Shown: piece by piece, positions 36,930 to 46,842 of the stretch | Layout of the letters: each line of letters begins with the position of its first letter | How positions within the stretch are numbered: the stretch's first letter is position 1 | DNA from: Candidatus Rifleibacteriota bacterium | GTDB lineage: Bacteria > Muiribacteriota > Ozemobacteria > Ozemobacterales > Ozemobacteraceae | Reading direction: 5' to 3' | DNA length: 64,000 nt | Assembly: GCA_012517355.1 (NCBI GenBank) | Contig: JAAYVD010000172.1 | Coordinates: 64,081-128,080, forward strand | Translations under genes and position numbers: made by a program | Notes under the pieces: generated by a model | Told to the model about the DNA's origin: nothing | The model's database searches: none | What the model saw: the letters and a program-made list of their open reading frames with translations, nothing else

Positions 36930-36971
36930 CAAAGGGCGACAGAGCCTTTGGCGGGGAAAATTCTTTTTTTT
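36930..36971 (+). terminator. possible intrinsic terminator after glmL-like gene
   Basis: caaagg-gcgacagag-cctttg hairpin (weak, 6 bp) followed 13 nt later by T8 run. Confidence 0.3.
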
Positions 36972-37018
36972 CGTTCAGATCGGAAAAAACGGTGACTTCC
37001 TGTCGGAGGCCTGGAACG

Positions 37019-37786
37019 ATGAAATTTGACGAACTCGACGCCCGGATGCGGGTGTTCGAAACCTCGCTGGACCAGCACATCGTCCCCGGGATCTTCGTGG
37101 TCGTGCGGCTCGACGGGCGGTCGTTCACCCGGCTGACCAAGGAGACCTCCGGATTCGAGGCCCCATTCGACGTCCGGTTCCGGGACCTGATGATCCACAC
37201 GACCCGGCACCTCATGCATTGCGGCTTCAACGTCGTCTTCGGATACACGCAGAGCGACGAGATCTCCCTGCTGTTCCCGCCCGCGGAAACCCTGTTCGAA
37301 CGCAAGGTCCGCAAGATCCTCTCGATCCTGGCAGGCGAAGCCAGCGCGGCCTTCTCGCTGAAGCTCGGCGCCATCGGGGTCTTCGATGCCCGCATCTGCC
37401 AGTTGCCCACCGGGGACCTGGTCGCCGACTACTTCCGGTGGCGAAGTGAGGATGCCGGCCGGAACTGTTTGAACAGCCATTGCTACTGGCTCCTGCGGAA
37501 AACCGGGGTGTCGGGGAGCAAGGCCTTCCAGCAACTGGCAGGGCTGTCCGTCAGGGAGAAGAACGAATTTCTTTTTCGCCACGACATCAACTACAATGAC
37601 CTTCCCTCCTGGCAGAAGCGCGGAACGGGCCTCTACTGGGAGGAATACCGGAAGAAAGGGTTCAACCCGATGACCAGGCAGGAAGTCGAAGCCACCCGTC
37701 GACGCCTCAAGGTCGACCTGGAACTGCCGATGAAACAGGATTTCGAACGGTTGATCCGCCGCCTGCTGAAAGATCATGGCTGCTAG
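37019..37786 (+). CDS. Thg1-like protein (tRNA-His guanylyltransferase family, 3'-5' nucleotidyltransferase)
   Basis: [49 protein letters not shown] align with eukaryotic/archaeal Thg1 hallmarks ([49 protein letters not shown]). Confidence 0.85.
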   Translation: [255 protein letters not shown]

Positions 37787-38155
37787 GCAACCAATCACCC
37801 CCACCGGACGCCCCTTCCCAGGGCCTTCCCGTCGTTCGCCCTTTCCCTTTTTTCCGCTGGCGCGCCCCGCCGCACCCGCTCCCCTTCCTCTGGATCCTCT
37901 TTCCGGAATGCGGCCCGCTCCTTACGCCTCGGCCGTTACTGTTCCGGTCCCGTTTTTTCCCTTTCTCCCAGTCCTGCCGGTGCATCCAGGCCGGCTCCCG
38001 GTCTCCCCTCGTTTCGGCCGGCCCCGCTCGCCCCTTCTCCCGCTTCCCCCTTTCCCCTCTGCCCGGGCCCCCGTCCCCAAAGTTCGGGCCACCCCGCCAT
38101 GCAACCTCGCTCCAGAACCCCTTGCCTTCCACTCATCCTTCGCCTCCGGAGGTCG

Positions 38156-39241
38156 ATGATGTTCAACCGCACCCCCCGCCTCGAAATCTACCAGGACCGC
38201 ATCTGCGACAACGCCCGAGCCATTGCCAGGCTCTGCCATGAGCACGGGGCGCAGCTCGCCTGCGTCACCAAGGTCTCCGCCGCCCACCCCTCGGTGGCCG
38301 AGGCCATGATCCAGGCCGGCTCTGACATGCTCGCCGACTCGCGGGTCGCCAACCTGTGGGCCCTGCGTGGCCTGGGCTTCCGCGTCCCCCTGATGCTGCT
38401 GCGCCTGCCCGCCCCCTCCGAGGCCTACGAGGTGGTCCAGGCCGCCGACTACAGCCTGAACTCCGGCCTGCCGACCCTGCGCGCCCTCTCCGAGGCCGCC
38501 CGCGCGCAGCGGGTCGTCCACAAGGTCATCCTCATGATCGACGTCGGCGACCTGCGCGAAGGCGTCTGGCCCGACCGCGCCGTCGAAGTGGTGAAGACCG
38601 CCCGGGACCTGCCCAACCTCGAAGTGGCAGGCCTCGGCTGCAACCTCGCCTGCTACGGCGGCGTGATCCCTTCCGTCGAAAACATGCTCAAGCTGGTCCA
38701 GGTCCGCGACCTCTGTCGCCGCGAAACCGGGCTTCCCCTCAACCTCCTGTCCGGCGGCAACAGTTCCGGGTTGCCCCTGCTCGCCTCGGGGAAGATGCCC
38801 AAGGAGATCAACCACTTCCGCGTCGGCGAGGCGATCCTGCTCGGCCGCAACGTCATCGACCGCTCCCCCTTCCCCGGCACCCGCCAGGATACCGTGATCG
38901 GGGTCGGCCAGGTCATCGAACTGGAGCGCAAACCCTCGATCCCCATCGGAGACCGCGGCCAGGACGCCTTCGGCGGCACCACCTCCTTCGTCGACCGCGG
39001 AGTCCGGTGGCGCGCCATCTGCAACCTCGGCCGCCAGGACGTGGTGGTCGACGGCATCGCCCCCGTCGATCCGCGGGTCATCGTGCTGGGCGGATCGAGC
39101 GACCACCTGCTCGTCGACGTCGAGGACGTCACGCCCCATCTCGAAGTGGGAGGCGAGATCGCCTTCTACCCGGGCTACGGCGCCCTGTTGGCCCTGTCGA
39201 CCTCGCCCTACGTCCACAAGTTCGTGATCCGGGGGAAATGA
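38156..39241 (+). CDS. orr: ornithine racemase (alanine-racemase-fold PLP enzyme)
   Basis: MMFNRTPRLEIYQDRICDNARAI... alanine racemase N-terminal TIM-barrel fold; GGAGG RBS; called Orr rather than a generic racemase from cluster context and 4-nt overlap with alr. Confidence 0.7.
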   Translation: MMFNRTPRLEIYQDRICDNARAIARLCHEHGAQLACVTKVSAAHPSVAEAMIQAGSDMLADSRVANLWALRGLGFRVPLMLLRLPAPSEAYEVVQAADYSLNSGLPTLRALSEAARAQRVVHKVILMIDVGDLREGVWPDRAVEVVKTARDLPNLEVAGLGCNLACYGGVIPSVENMLKLVQVRDLCRRETGLPLNLLSGGNSSGLPLLASGKMPKEINHFRVGEAILLGRNVIDRSPFPGTRQDTVIGVGQVIELERKPSIPIGDRGQDAFGGTTSFVDRGVRWRAICNLGRQDVVVDGIAPVDPRVIVLGGSSDHLLVDVEDVTPHLEVGGEIAFYPGYGALLALSTSPYVHKFVIRGK

Positions 39242-40368
39242 CCATGCTGTACCAGACCCACGCCCGCGTCCACCTGCAGAACATCCGGTTCAACATCGAG
39301 GGGATCCGCGAGGCGGTCGGACCCGACCGCAAGATCCTTCTCGCCGTCAAGGCCAACGGCTACGGCCACGGCGCCGTCGAGGTCTCGCGGATGGCCGAAC
39401 GCATCGGGGTCGACTGGCTCGGAGTGGCCACCGTCCCCGAGGGCATCCAGTTGCGCGAAGCCGGCATCCGGCTGCCCATCCTGAAGTTCAGCCCCGCCTT
39501 CCCCGAGGAGATGGAAGCCGCCGTCCGGCACGCAATCGCGCTCTCCGTCTGCGATGCCGCCAACATCGCCGAACTCGAGGCGGTGGCCGGCCGGCTCGAC
39601 CAGCGGGTGGCGGTCCATCTCAAGGTCGACAGCGGCATGGGCCGCATCGGGGTGGCTTGCGAGCAGGCCCCCGACATGGCGGCCACGATCGAGAAACGCT
39701 GCCCCCACCTGTTCCTGGAAGGGGTGTTCACCCACCTGCCGGTCAGCGACGAATTGAACAAGATGTTCACCCAGCGCCAGGTGGCCGCTTTCAAAAAGAC
39801 CGTCGACACGATCGAAAGCCAGATCGGCCGCAAGATCCCCCTGGTGCACGCGGCCAACTCCGGCGGCATCCTCGCCCACCCGGAATCCTGGCTGAACATG
39901 GTGCGGCCGGGCATCATGCTGTACGGGTTCTACCCGTCCCACGAGACGCCGCAGACCGTCCCGCTCAAGCCGGGGCTCTCCTTCCTGACCCGCGTCTCCT
40001 TCCTGAAACAGGTGAAGGCCGGCACCTCGATCGGCTACGGCCGCAGCTGGATCGCCCCCGAAGACACCTGGATCGCCACTTTCCCGGCCGGCTATGCCGA
40101 CGGGTTCAACCGGCTGTTTTCGAACAAGGGCCGGGTTCTCATCAATGGCCGCAGTGCTCCGGTGGTCGGCCGGGTCTGCATGGACCAGAGCATGGCGAAC
40201 CTCGGGCCCGAAACGGACGTGAAGGTGGGCGACGAGGTCGTTCTCATCGGCCAGTCGGGAACCGAAAGCATCTCCGCCTACGAGTGGGCCGGCGCGCTGG
40301 GAACGATCACCTACGAGGTGACCTGCCAGATCAACGCCCGCGTTCCACGGGTGTACGATCCCTACTGA
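39238..40368 (+). CDS. alr: alanine racemase
   Basis: PLP-lysine motif AVKANGYGHG, full-length Alr similarity; ATGA overlap with orr stop. Confidence 0.9.
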   Translation: MTMLYQTHARVHLQNIRFNIEGIREAVGPDRKILLAVKANGYGHGAVEVSRMAERIGVDWLGVATVPEGIQLREAGIRLPILKFSPAFPEEMEAAVRHAIALSVCDAANIAELEAVAGRLDQRVAVHLKVDSGMGRIGVACEQAPDMAATIEKRCPHLFLEGVFTHLPVSDELNKMFTQRQVAAFKKTVDTIESQIGRKIPLVHAANSGGILAHPESWLNMVRPGIMLYGFYPSHETPQTVPLKPGLSFLTRVSFLKQVKAGTSIGYGRSWIAPEDTWIATFPAGYADGFNRLFSNKGRVLINGRSAPVVGRVCMDQSMANLGPETDVKVGDEVVLIGQSGTESISAYEWAGALGTITYEVTCQINARVPRVYDPY

Positions 40369-40746
40369 TCTCCGCCCGGAACCCCGATGCCCGTCGGGTG
40401 AATTCCCCGGGGTCCAGGGTTTCCGGCCGCCTGAGGATTGTAGGCGCCTGCGGTAGGGGGCGGCGAAGGGCCAGATCGTCCCCCGCGATCTGGGCAACCC
40501 CTGGATGCAGGATGGGCGCGGGGTCGTCGCGACACGAGACCAGGGCGACCCACGGAGCGGGAGGCATGGGACAGGCCTGGGGCGGGATGACCCCCTGCCT
40601 TCCCTCCCGGGTTCCCAACCCCTTTTCACCACTTCCCAACTTCCTGCTCCCACCCCACCCAAGGATGCCACTTCGCCACCTCCCCATCCCCCGATTCCAT
40701 TTTCCCCCATCGCCACTCCCCACTCCCCACTCCCCTGAATCTTTCA

Positions 40747-40775
40747 TTGACTCGGGGGGGCATGGGCTATACAAT
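40747..40775 (+). promoter_or_regulatory. sigma70 promoter for tldD (TTGACT-17-TACAAT)
   Basis: Near-consensus hexamers with 17-nt spacer, about 28 nt upstream of tldD ATG 40803. Confidence 0.55.
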
Positions 40776-40802
40776 CCCAACCAATTCACCATGGGGTAGG
40801 AA

Positions 40803-42239
40803 ATGAAAGATCAACTGCTGAAGATCGTGGATTATGCCCGGTCGCTCGGGGCGCAGTATGCCGACGTCCGGTTCATCCACGAGGAGAACGAGATCCTGAC
40901 CGTGAAGAACGGCCGGGTCGAGGGTATTTCCAAGATCGATGACGAAGGGTTCGGCGTCCGGGTCCTGATCGACGGCGCCTGGGGATTCAGTTCCGGACCG
41001 TCGCTTCCGCTCTGGGAGCGCATCGTCCGCGAGGCGGTGGAGGTGGCCCGCTGCTCCGGGCTGGCCCGCAAGGAAGGCGGCATCCGGTTCCCCGCCGCCT
41101 CCGCCGTCACCGACCACTACCGGACCCCGTTCGTCGAGGACCCCTTCGCCCTCCCGCTCGAAGAGAAGCTGGCCCTGATGATGAAGGCCGACGCCGCGGC
41201 CCGCCAGGTTCCCGACCTCAAGGTGGTCCGCACCTCCCTCGGCTTCCTGCGCATCGACAAGCACTTCGCCAGCACCGAAGGGTCCTACATCCACCAGGAA
41301 CTGATGGAGTCCGGCGGCGGCATCGAGTGCACCGCGATCGGCAACGGCGAGGTGCAGAAGCGCAGCTATCCGAATTCCTTCGGCCGCCAGCAGCTGACCG
41401 GCGGGTTCGAGCACATCCGTGCCATGGACCTGCCCGGCCATGCGCACCGCATCGCCGAGGAGGCCCGGGCGTTGCTGACCGCCCCCACCTGCCCGGCCGG
41501 CACCACCACCATCATCCTCGACCCCACCCAGCTGGCCCTGCAGATCCACGAATCGTGTGGCCACGCGGTCGAGCTCGACCGCGCCCTGGGCATGGAGGCC
41601 AGCTACGCCGGAACCTCCTTCCTGACGCCCGACAAGGCCGGCCGGTTCCGCTACGGGTCCGACCTCGTCAACCTCTACCAGGACGGCACCGTCCGCAACG
41701 GGCTGGGCACCTTCGGCTACGACGACGACGGCATGCCCGCCTGCCGCACCGACATCGTGAAGAACGGACAGTTCGTCGGCTACCTGTCGAACCGCGAGAC
41801 GGCCGCCGAGATCGGCCATGCCACCAGTGCCGCCAACCGCGCCTGCAGCTGGAACCGCATCCCCATCGTGCGCATGACCAACGTCAACCTCGCCCCCGGC
41901 ACCTGGGCCTTCGACGACCTGGTCGCCGACACCAGGGAGGGCCTCTACCTGGTCACCAACAAGTCCTGGTCGATCGACGACAAGCGGCTCAACTTCCAGT
42001 TCGGCACCGAACTGGCCTACGAAATCAAGGACGGAAAGCTGGGCCGCATGCTGAAGAACGCCACCTACACCGGCATCACCCCCGAGTTCTGGGCCAACTG
42101 CGATGCCATCTGCAACGAGAAGCACTGGGGCCTGTGGGGAACCCCCAACTGCGGCAAGGGCGAGCCCTCCCAGATCGCCCACGTCGGGCACGGCTGCGCC
42201 CCGGCCCGGTTCCGCAACGTGCGCGTGGGGGTGGCCTGA
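40803..42239 (+). CDS. tldD: TldD metalloprotease
   Basis: 478 aa; HExxxH-like motif IHESCGHAVELD; Gly-rich C-terminal signature. Confidence 0.9.
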   Translation: MKDQLLKIVDYARSLGAQYADVRFIHEENEILTVKNGRVEGISKIDDEGFGVRVLIDGAWGFSSGPSLPLWERIVREAVEVARCSGLARKEGGIRFPAASAVTDHYRTPFVEDPFALPLEEKLALMMKADAAARQVPDLKVVRTSLGFLRIDKHFASTEGSYIHQELMESGGGIECTAIGNGEVQKRSYPNSFGRQQLTGGFEHIRAMDLPGHAHRIAEEARALLTAPTCPAGTTTIILDPTQLALQIHESCGHAVELDRALGMEASYAGTSFLTPDKAGRFRYGSDLVNLYQDGTVRNGLGTFGYDDDGMPACRTDIVKNGQFVGYLSNRETAAEIGHATSAANRACSWNRIPIVRMTNVNLAPGTWAFDDLVADTREGLYLVTNKSWSIDDKRLNFQFGTELAYEIKDGKLGRMLKNATYTGITPEFWANCDAICNEKHWGLWGTPNCGKGEPSQIAHVGHGCAPARFRNVRVGVA

Positions 42240-43582
42240 TGCTCGGCAAGGAACGCTGCGAACAGGTCCTGAAGGAAACCCTGCAGGCCGCCCGCCCGGC
42301 CGACGAGGCCGAGGTGCTGGTGATGACCAACGAGAGCGGGCTGACCCGCTTCGCCGAGAACTCCATCCACCAGAACGTCGTGGAGCGCAACGCCCAGGCG
42401 TTCGTCCGGGTGGTGCTCGGCAAAAAGCTCGGCCACGCCAGCACCAACCGCGTCGATGCCGACGGGCTGCGGCAGATGATCGAACGCGCCCTCCAGATCG
42501 CCCGCCTGTCCGAAGACAACCCCGACTTCGGCGGCCTGCCCGACGACGGCCGCCCGGTGCCCGTCATCGACGTCTTCCGCCCGTCCACCGAACGGTACAC
42601 CCCGCGCCGCCGGGCCGAGGCGGTGGCCCGCCTGATCGGCGCCTGCCGCGGCAAGGGCCTGCGCGCCTCGGGCGCCTTCGAGACCGGCCTGCGCGAGTTC
42701 GGGGTGGCCAACTCGAAAGGCATCTTCCGCTACCAGCCCGCCACCACGGCCGACTTCAACACCGTCGTGATGTCCGACGACAGCTCGGGCGTGGCCAACG
42801 CCAGCGCCCTCGACGTGCACGAGCTCGACGTCGACGCCCTCGCCGCCGAGGCCATCGACAAGGCCGAGCGCAGCCGGTATCCGATCGACCTGCCGGCCGG
42901 CGACTACCCGGTGGTGCTCGAGGAATACGCCGTCGCCAACCTCGTCGGCTTCCTCGGCTACCTGGGGTTCAACGGCACCGCCTTCCGCGAGGGCCGCAGC
43001 TTCCTCAACGAGAAACGCGGCCAGCTGGTCGCCGCGCCCGCCGTCTCGATCTGGGACGACGGCCTCGATCCGCGCGGGCTGGCCCAGCCGTTCGACTTCG
43101 AAGGCGTGCCCAAGCAGCGGGTCGACCTGATCAAGGCCGGCGTGGCCGGCGACCCCGTCTGGGACTCCTACAACGCCCGCCTGGCCGGGGTGCCCAACAC
43201 CGGCCATGCCCTTCCCGCCCCCAACTCCTTCGGGCCGATCCCGCTCAACGTCTTCATGGCCCCCGGCCCCACCCCCAAGGCCGACCTCGCCAAAGGCATC
43301 GCCCGGGGCGTCTGGGTCACCCGGTTCCACTACGTGAACCCGCTTCAGCCCAAAAAAACCCTGCTGACCGGCATGACCCGCGATGGCACCTTCCTCATCG
43401 AGAACGGGCAGGTGACCCGCGGCGTCAAGAACATGCGGTTCACCGCCTCCATCCTCGACGCCCTCAGCCGGGTCGAGGCGGTCGGTTCCTCCACCCGCTG
43501 CTCCATCAACTCCTGGGGCAGCACTTCGGTTCCCGCGCTGCGGGTCGGGTCGTTCGCCTTCTCGGGCGTCACCCAATTCTGA
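42239..43582 (+). CDS. pmbA: TldE/PmbA-family protein (TldD partner)
   Basis: 1-nt overlap with tldD stop; PmbA/TldD-fold similarity, lacks HExxxH. Confidence 0.85.
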   Translation: MLGKERCEQVLKETLQAARPADEAEVLVMTNESGLTRFAENSIHQNVVERNAQAFVRVVLGKKLGHASTNRVDADGLRQMIERALQIARLSEDNPDFGGLPDDGRPVPVIDVFRPSTERYTPRRRAEAVARLIGACRGKGLRASGAFETGLREFGVANSKGIFRYQPATTADFNTVVMSDDSSGVANASALDVHELDVDALAAEAIDKAERSRYPIDLPAGDYPVVLEEYAVANLVGFLGYLGFNGTAFREGRSFLNEKRGQLVAAPAVSIWDDGLDPRGLAQPFDFEGVPKQRVDLIKAGVAGDPVWDSYNARLAGVPNTGHALPAPNSFGPIPLNVFMAPGPTPKADLAKGIARGVWVTRFHYVNPLQPKKTLLTGMTRDGTFLIENGQVTRGVKNMRFTASILDALSRVEAVGSSTRCSINSWGSTSVPALRVGSFAFSGVTQF

Positions 43583-43587
43583 TCGCC

Positions 43588-44061
43588 ATGGCCAAATCAT
43601 CCAAAAATCGCATCGGCACTTCGATGGGCATCGTCACCGTCACTCCCGCACTGGTCGAAGAGGTCCGTCAGGCCCTCGGCCTGAAGACCTTCTCGCGCCC
43701 CTACGCCGTCCTGCTCGACCCCGGCGACTTCGGCACCGTCTTCACCTACCTGCCGCTCATGAACGGCGAGTATGAGAAGCTGCCCATCCCCATGCGCCGA
43801 TATGCCTACTGCATCGACAAGGGCCGGTACGGCCTGATCGGCTACCTGCCAAAGGGGTTCGAAACGCCCCGCGAGGGGAAGGTCGCCACCGTGACCGTCA
43901 CCTACAACGAGTTCCACACCGTCGTCGATCTCGCCTACACCCTCGACGAGAGCCCCGACACCACCTACCACGTGCAGCACCCCCTGCGCCGGGAGAAGCT
44001 GCTCGAGCACGCGAAGAAGAAGAAGATCCCCACCAGGTCCATGGTGCGGTCCAGCCAGTAA
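43588..44061 (+). CDS. hypothetical protein (157 aa), translationally coupled to pmbA
   Basis: ATG 5 nt after pmbA stop; MAKSSKNRIGTSMGIVTVTPALVEEVRQALG...; no family recognised. Confidence 0.6.
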   Translation: MAKSSKNRIGTSMGIVTVTPALVEEVRQALGLKTFSRPYAVLLDPGDFGTVFTYLPLMNGEYEKLPIPMRRYAYCIDKGRYGLIGYLPKGFETPREGKVATVTVTYNEFHTVVDLAYTLDESPDTTYHVQHPLRREKLLEHAKKKKIPTRSMVRSSQ

Positions 44062-44119
44062 GGGCCTTGCCGGCCCGGAAACGAGGTGCGGGGCCACCCC
44101 CGCGGAAAGGGTTTCATCG

Positions 44120-45706
44120 ATGAAGATCCACTTCCACGGGGCGGTCGGCATGGTCACCGGGTCCTGTTATCGGGTCGAGGTTGGCCAGACCCGGTTCCTC
44201 GTCGATTGCGGGATGTTCCAGGGGAACAAGACCCTGAAGGAACGGAACTACGGCGATTTCCCGTTCGACCCCGCGCAGATCGACGCGGTGCTCGTCACCC
44301 ACGCCCACATCGACCACATCGGCCTGCTGCCCAAACTGGTCAAGAAGGGGTTCCGGGGGACGATCTACGCCACGCGGCCGACCGCCGACCTGATGACCTT
44401 CATGCTGCCCGACTCGGCCCGTATCCAGGTCACCGAGGTCGCGCAGAAGAACCAGCGCAACGAGCGCAAGGGCCTGCCACCGCTCGAACCGATCTACGAC
44501 GAGGAGGACGCCGAGCGGACCCTGGCCCTGATCAAGGGGGTCGACTCCAGCGTGACGATCGGCGACTCGGTGCGGGCCGTCTTCCGGAACGCCGGCCATG
44601 TGCTGGGCTCGGCCTTCATCGAGATCACCCTGACCGAGGGCGGCCAGACCAAGAAGGTCGTCTTCTCGGGCGACCTCGGGGCGAAGGACCACCCCATCGT
44701 CGAGGACCCGGAGGTCTTCACCGAGACCGATTGTCTCCTGGTCGAATCGACCTATGGCAACCGCGTGCGCGCCGAAGAGAAGAAAAAGGACCGGCTCAAG
44801 GCCCTGGCCACCATCGTGCGCGATGCCCTGAAGAGGGGCGGGAACCTGATCATCCCCGCCTTCGCCCTTGAGCGCAGCCAGGATCTGATGCACGACCTGA
44901 TCATCCTGATGGACAACCGGGAGATCCCTTTCGCCAAGGTGATCATCGATTCGCCCCTCGCCGCCAACGCCACGAAGGTCTTCGCCCGCTACCCCGAACT
45001 GTACGACGAGGACGCCACCGCCCTCCTGAAAGCCCAGGGCAGCATCTTCGAGCATCCGAATTTCACCTTCACCCGGTCGGCCGAGGACTCCATGGCCCTC
45101 AACGGCCAGAAGGGGCTGATCATCATGTCGGCCAGCGGCATGTGCGATGCCGGCCGCATCAAGCACCACCTCAAGCACAACCTGTGGCGGCGCGAGTCGA
45201 CCGTCCTGTTCGTCGGCTACCAGGCCGAGGGCACCCTCGGCCGCCTCCTGCTCGACGGCGCCAAGGTCGTGCGCATCCACGGCGAGGAGGTTCGGGTCGA
45301 GGCCCAGATCCGAGAGATCACCGGGTATTCCGGCCACGCCGACCAGAATGGGCTCATGGAATGGATCGGATCCATCAACGCGGTGCGCGACCGGGTCTTC
45401 GTCGTCCATGGCGAGGACGACGCCCGCGCCGAACTGGCGCGCCTCATCAGGGAAAAGAAGGGCTTTTCCGTCCACGTGCCGCGCATGGGGGAATCCTTCG
45501 ACCTGCTGGCCAACGTCGCCCCGGCCCCGGCCCCGGGCCAGGCTTCGGCGGCCGGCGCTCCCGCTCCCGCCCCCGCGGTGACCCCGGCCCACGACTCCTT
45601 CAACCTCTACGCCGACCTCACCATCCGCCTCGCTGAATTCATGCGACGCGAGAAGGACGAAAGCCGCCGCCGCACCCTCCTGGAAGAGTTGCTGCGGAAA
45701 ATGTAG
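44120..45706 (+). CDS. beta-CASP MBL-fold RNA-metabolising metallo-hydrolase
   Basis: HxHxDH motif VTHAHIDHIG, beta-CASP motifs, C-terminal RNA-specificity domain (GYSGHADQNGLMEW). Confidence 0.85.
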   Translation: MKIHFHGAVGMVTGSCYRVEVGQTRFLVDCGMFQGNKTLKERNYGDFPFDPAQIDAVLVTHAHIDHIGLLPKLVKKGFRGTIYATRPTADLMTFMLPDSARIQVTEVAQKNQRNERKGLPPLEPIYDEEDAERTLALIKGVDSSVTIGDSVRAVFRNAGHVLGSAFIEITLTEGGQTKKVVFSGDLGAKDHPIVEDPEVFTETDCLLVESTYGNRVRAEEKKKDRLKALATIVRDALKRGGNLIIPAFALERSQDLMHDLIILMDNREIPFAKVIIDSPLAANATKVFARYPELYDEDATALLKAQGSIFEHPNFTFTRSAEDSMALNGQKGLIIMSASGMCDAGRIKHHLKHNLWRRESTVLFVGYQAEGTLGRLLLDGAKVVRIHGEEVRVEAQIREITGYSGHADQNGLMEWIGSINAVRDRVFVVHGEDDARAELARLIREKKGFSVHVPRMGESFDLLANVAPAPAPGQASAAGAPAPAPAVTPAHDSFNLYADLTIRLAEFMRREKDESRRRTLLEELLRKM

Positions 45707-46041
45707 GCCCCGCACCTCTGGTTCGGCCTCTCGTCCCCGGCCTTCCGGGAAGGGATGGCAGGGTTCCTCCCGCCCGCGGAATGTCCGGATCCGAACGACG
45801 CTGGAATTTTGACACGGCGGGCAGCCACCCGGTTTCCGCCCCGCCGGGCAGCATGGGAAGAGGGTTTGACACCAGGCGGAGGCTTCCCGGCCGGCCGTTG
45901 GATTTTCGGCAGGGTTCCAGCCTGCTGCCGACCTGTTTCGCTCACCAGATCAGCGTTTCCACCCTCCGAAGTCCGTGGCACGGTTCCTGCTAGAAAAAAA
46001 CGCGTTCACAGGTTCGGAAACGCATGCAAGGGGGAGCTTCA

Positions 46042-46695
46042 ATGAAACGTCTGATCAGCCTGCTGGCCGTGGTCCTCTGCCTGTGCCTCGCCGCCTCGAC
46101 CGCTTATGCCTACAGCCGCTACGATCTGCAGCGCGCCGACCGCACCCGCGACCGCGGCGATTTCTTCGAAGCCCGCCGCCAATACAGCGCCATCGCCCGC
46201 GACTACTACACCGAGCAGTTTCTCCGCCGCCAGGCCGGGTACTTCCTCGGCTTCTGCAGCGTCCGCCTGAACGAGCCCTACAATGCCATCAGCGACTACC
46301 GCTGGTTCCTGCGTGAGTTCGACAACGGCAACACCACCCTGATCCCCGATGCCCTCTACGTCCTCGGCCGCACCTACGAGACCGTCGACAACGTCCGCGA
46401 CGCCAAGTGGTGCTATCGGGAATGCATCCGCCGGTTCTCCTACGGCGAGTTCCCCCAGAAGTCCCGCGAACGCCTGAACTACCTCGAGGGCGGCTACAAT
46501 CACGGCGGGTACACCCACGGCGGGTACGGCCCCCACTACTCGATGGAAGCCGCCCCGGCCGCCGCGGCTGCCCCCGCCGCCCCGGCCCGCGCCCTGAGCG
46601 CCACCGACCCGTTCGATGGCTTCCAGATGGACCTGCAGAGCGACAAGGTCGAAGCCCTGAAGGCCACCTTCGACAAGCTGCACGAGCGCCCCTGA
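46042..46695 (+). CDS. secreted TPR-like protein, paralog 1
   Basis: Signal peptide MKRLISLLAVVLCLCLAASTAYA; shared block YRWFLREFDNG...ALYVLGRTYE with paralogs 2 and 3. Confidence 0.6.
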   Translation: MKRLISLLAVVLCLCLAASTAYAYSRYDLQRADRTRDRGDFFEARRQYSAIARDYYTEQFLRRQAGYFLGFCSVRLNEPYNAISDYRWFLREFDNGNTTLIPDALYVLGRTYETVDNVRDAKWCYRECIRRFSYGEFPQKSRERLNYLEGGYNHGGYTHGGYGPHYSMEAAPAAAAAPAAPARALSATDPFDGFQMDLQSDKVEALKATFDKLHERP

Positions 46696-46842
46696 TCCCC
46701 GATCAGATACCGATCTCCGACGACCATGGAGCCCGCTTGGGTTCCATGGTTTTTTTCTGGTAGAATGGAAACGGGTCCCGCGAGGGGAACCGGGCCCCAG
46801 CGGGAAGGAAACAGCCTGCCGCCGAAATGCCCCCCGCGGACG

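Noticed and set aside
29651-40368. Selenocysteine-containing Stickland reductases (in-frame TGA) in the ornithine cluster
   Set aside because: All cluster ORFs are uninterrupted; no grd/prd homologs or in-frame TGA with SECIS-like hairpin seen.
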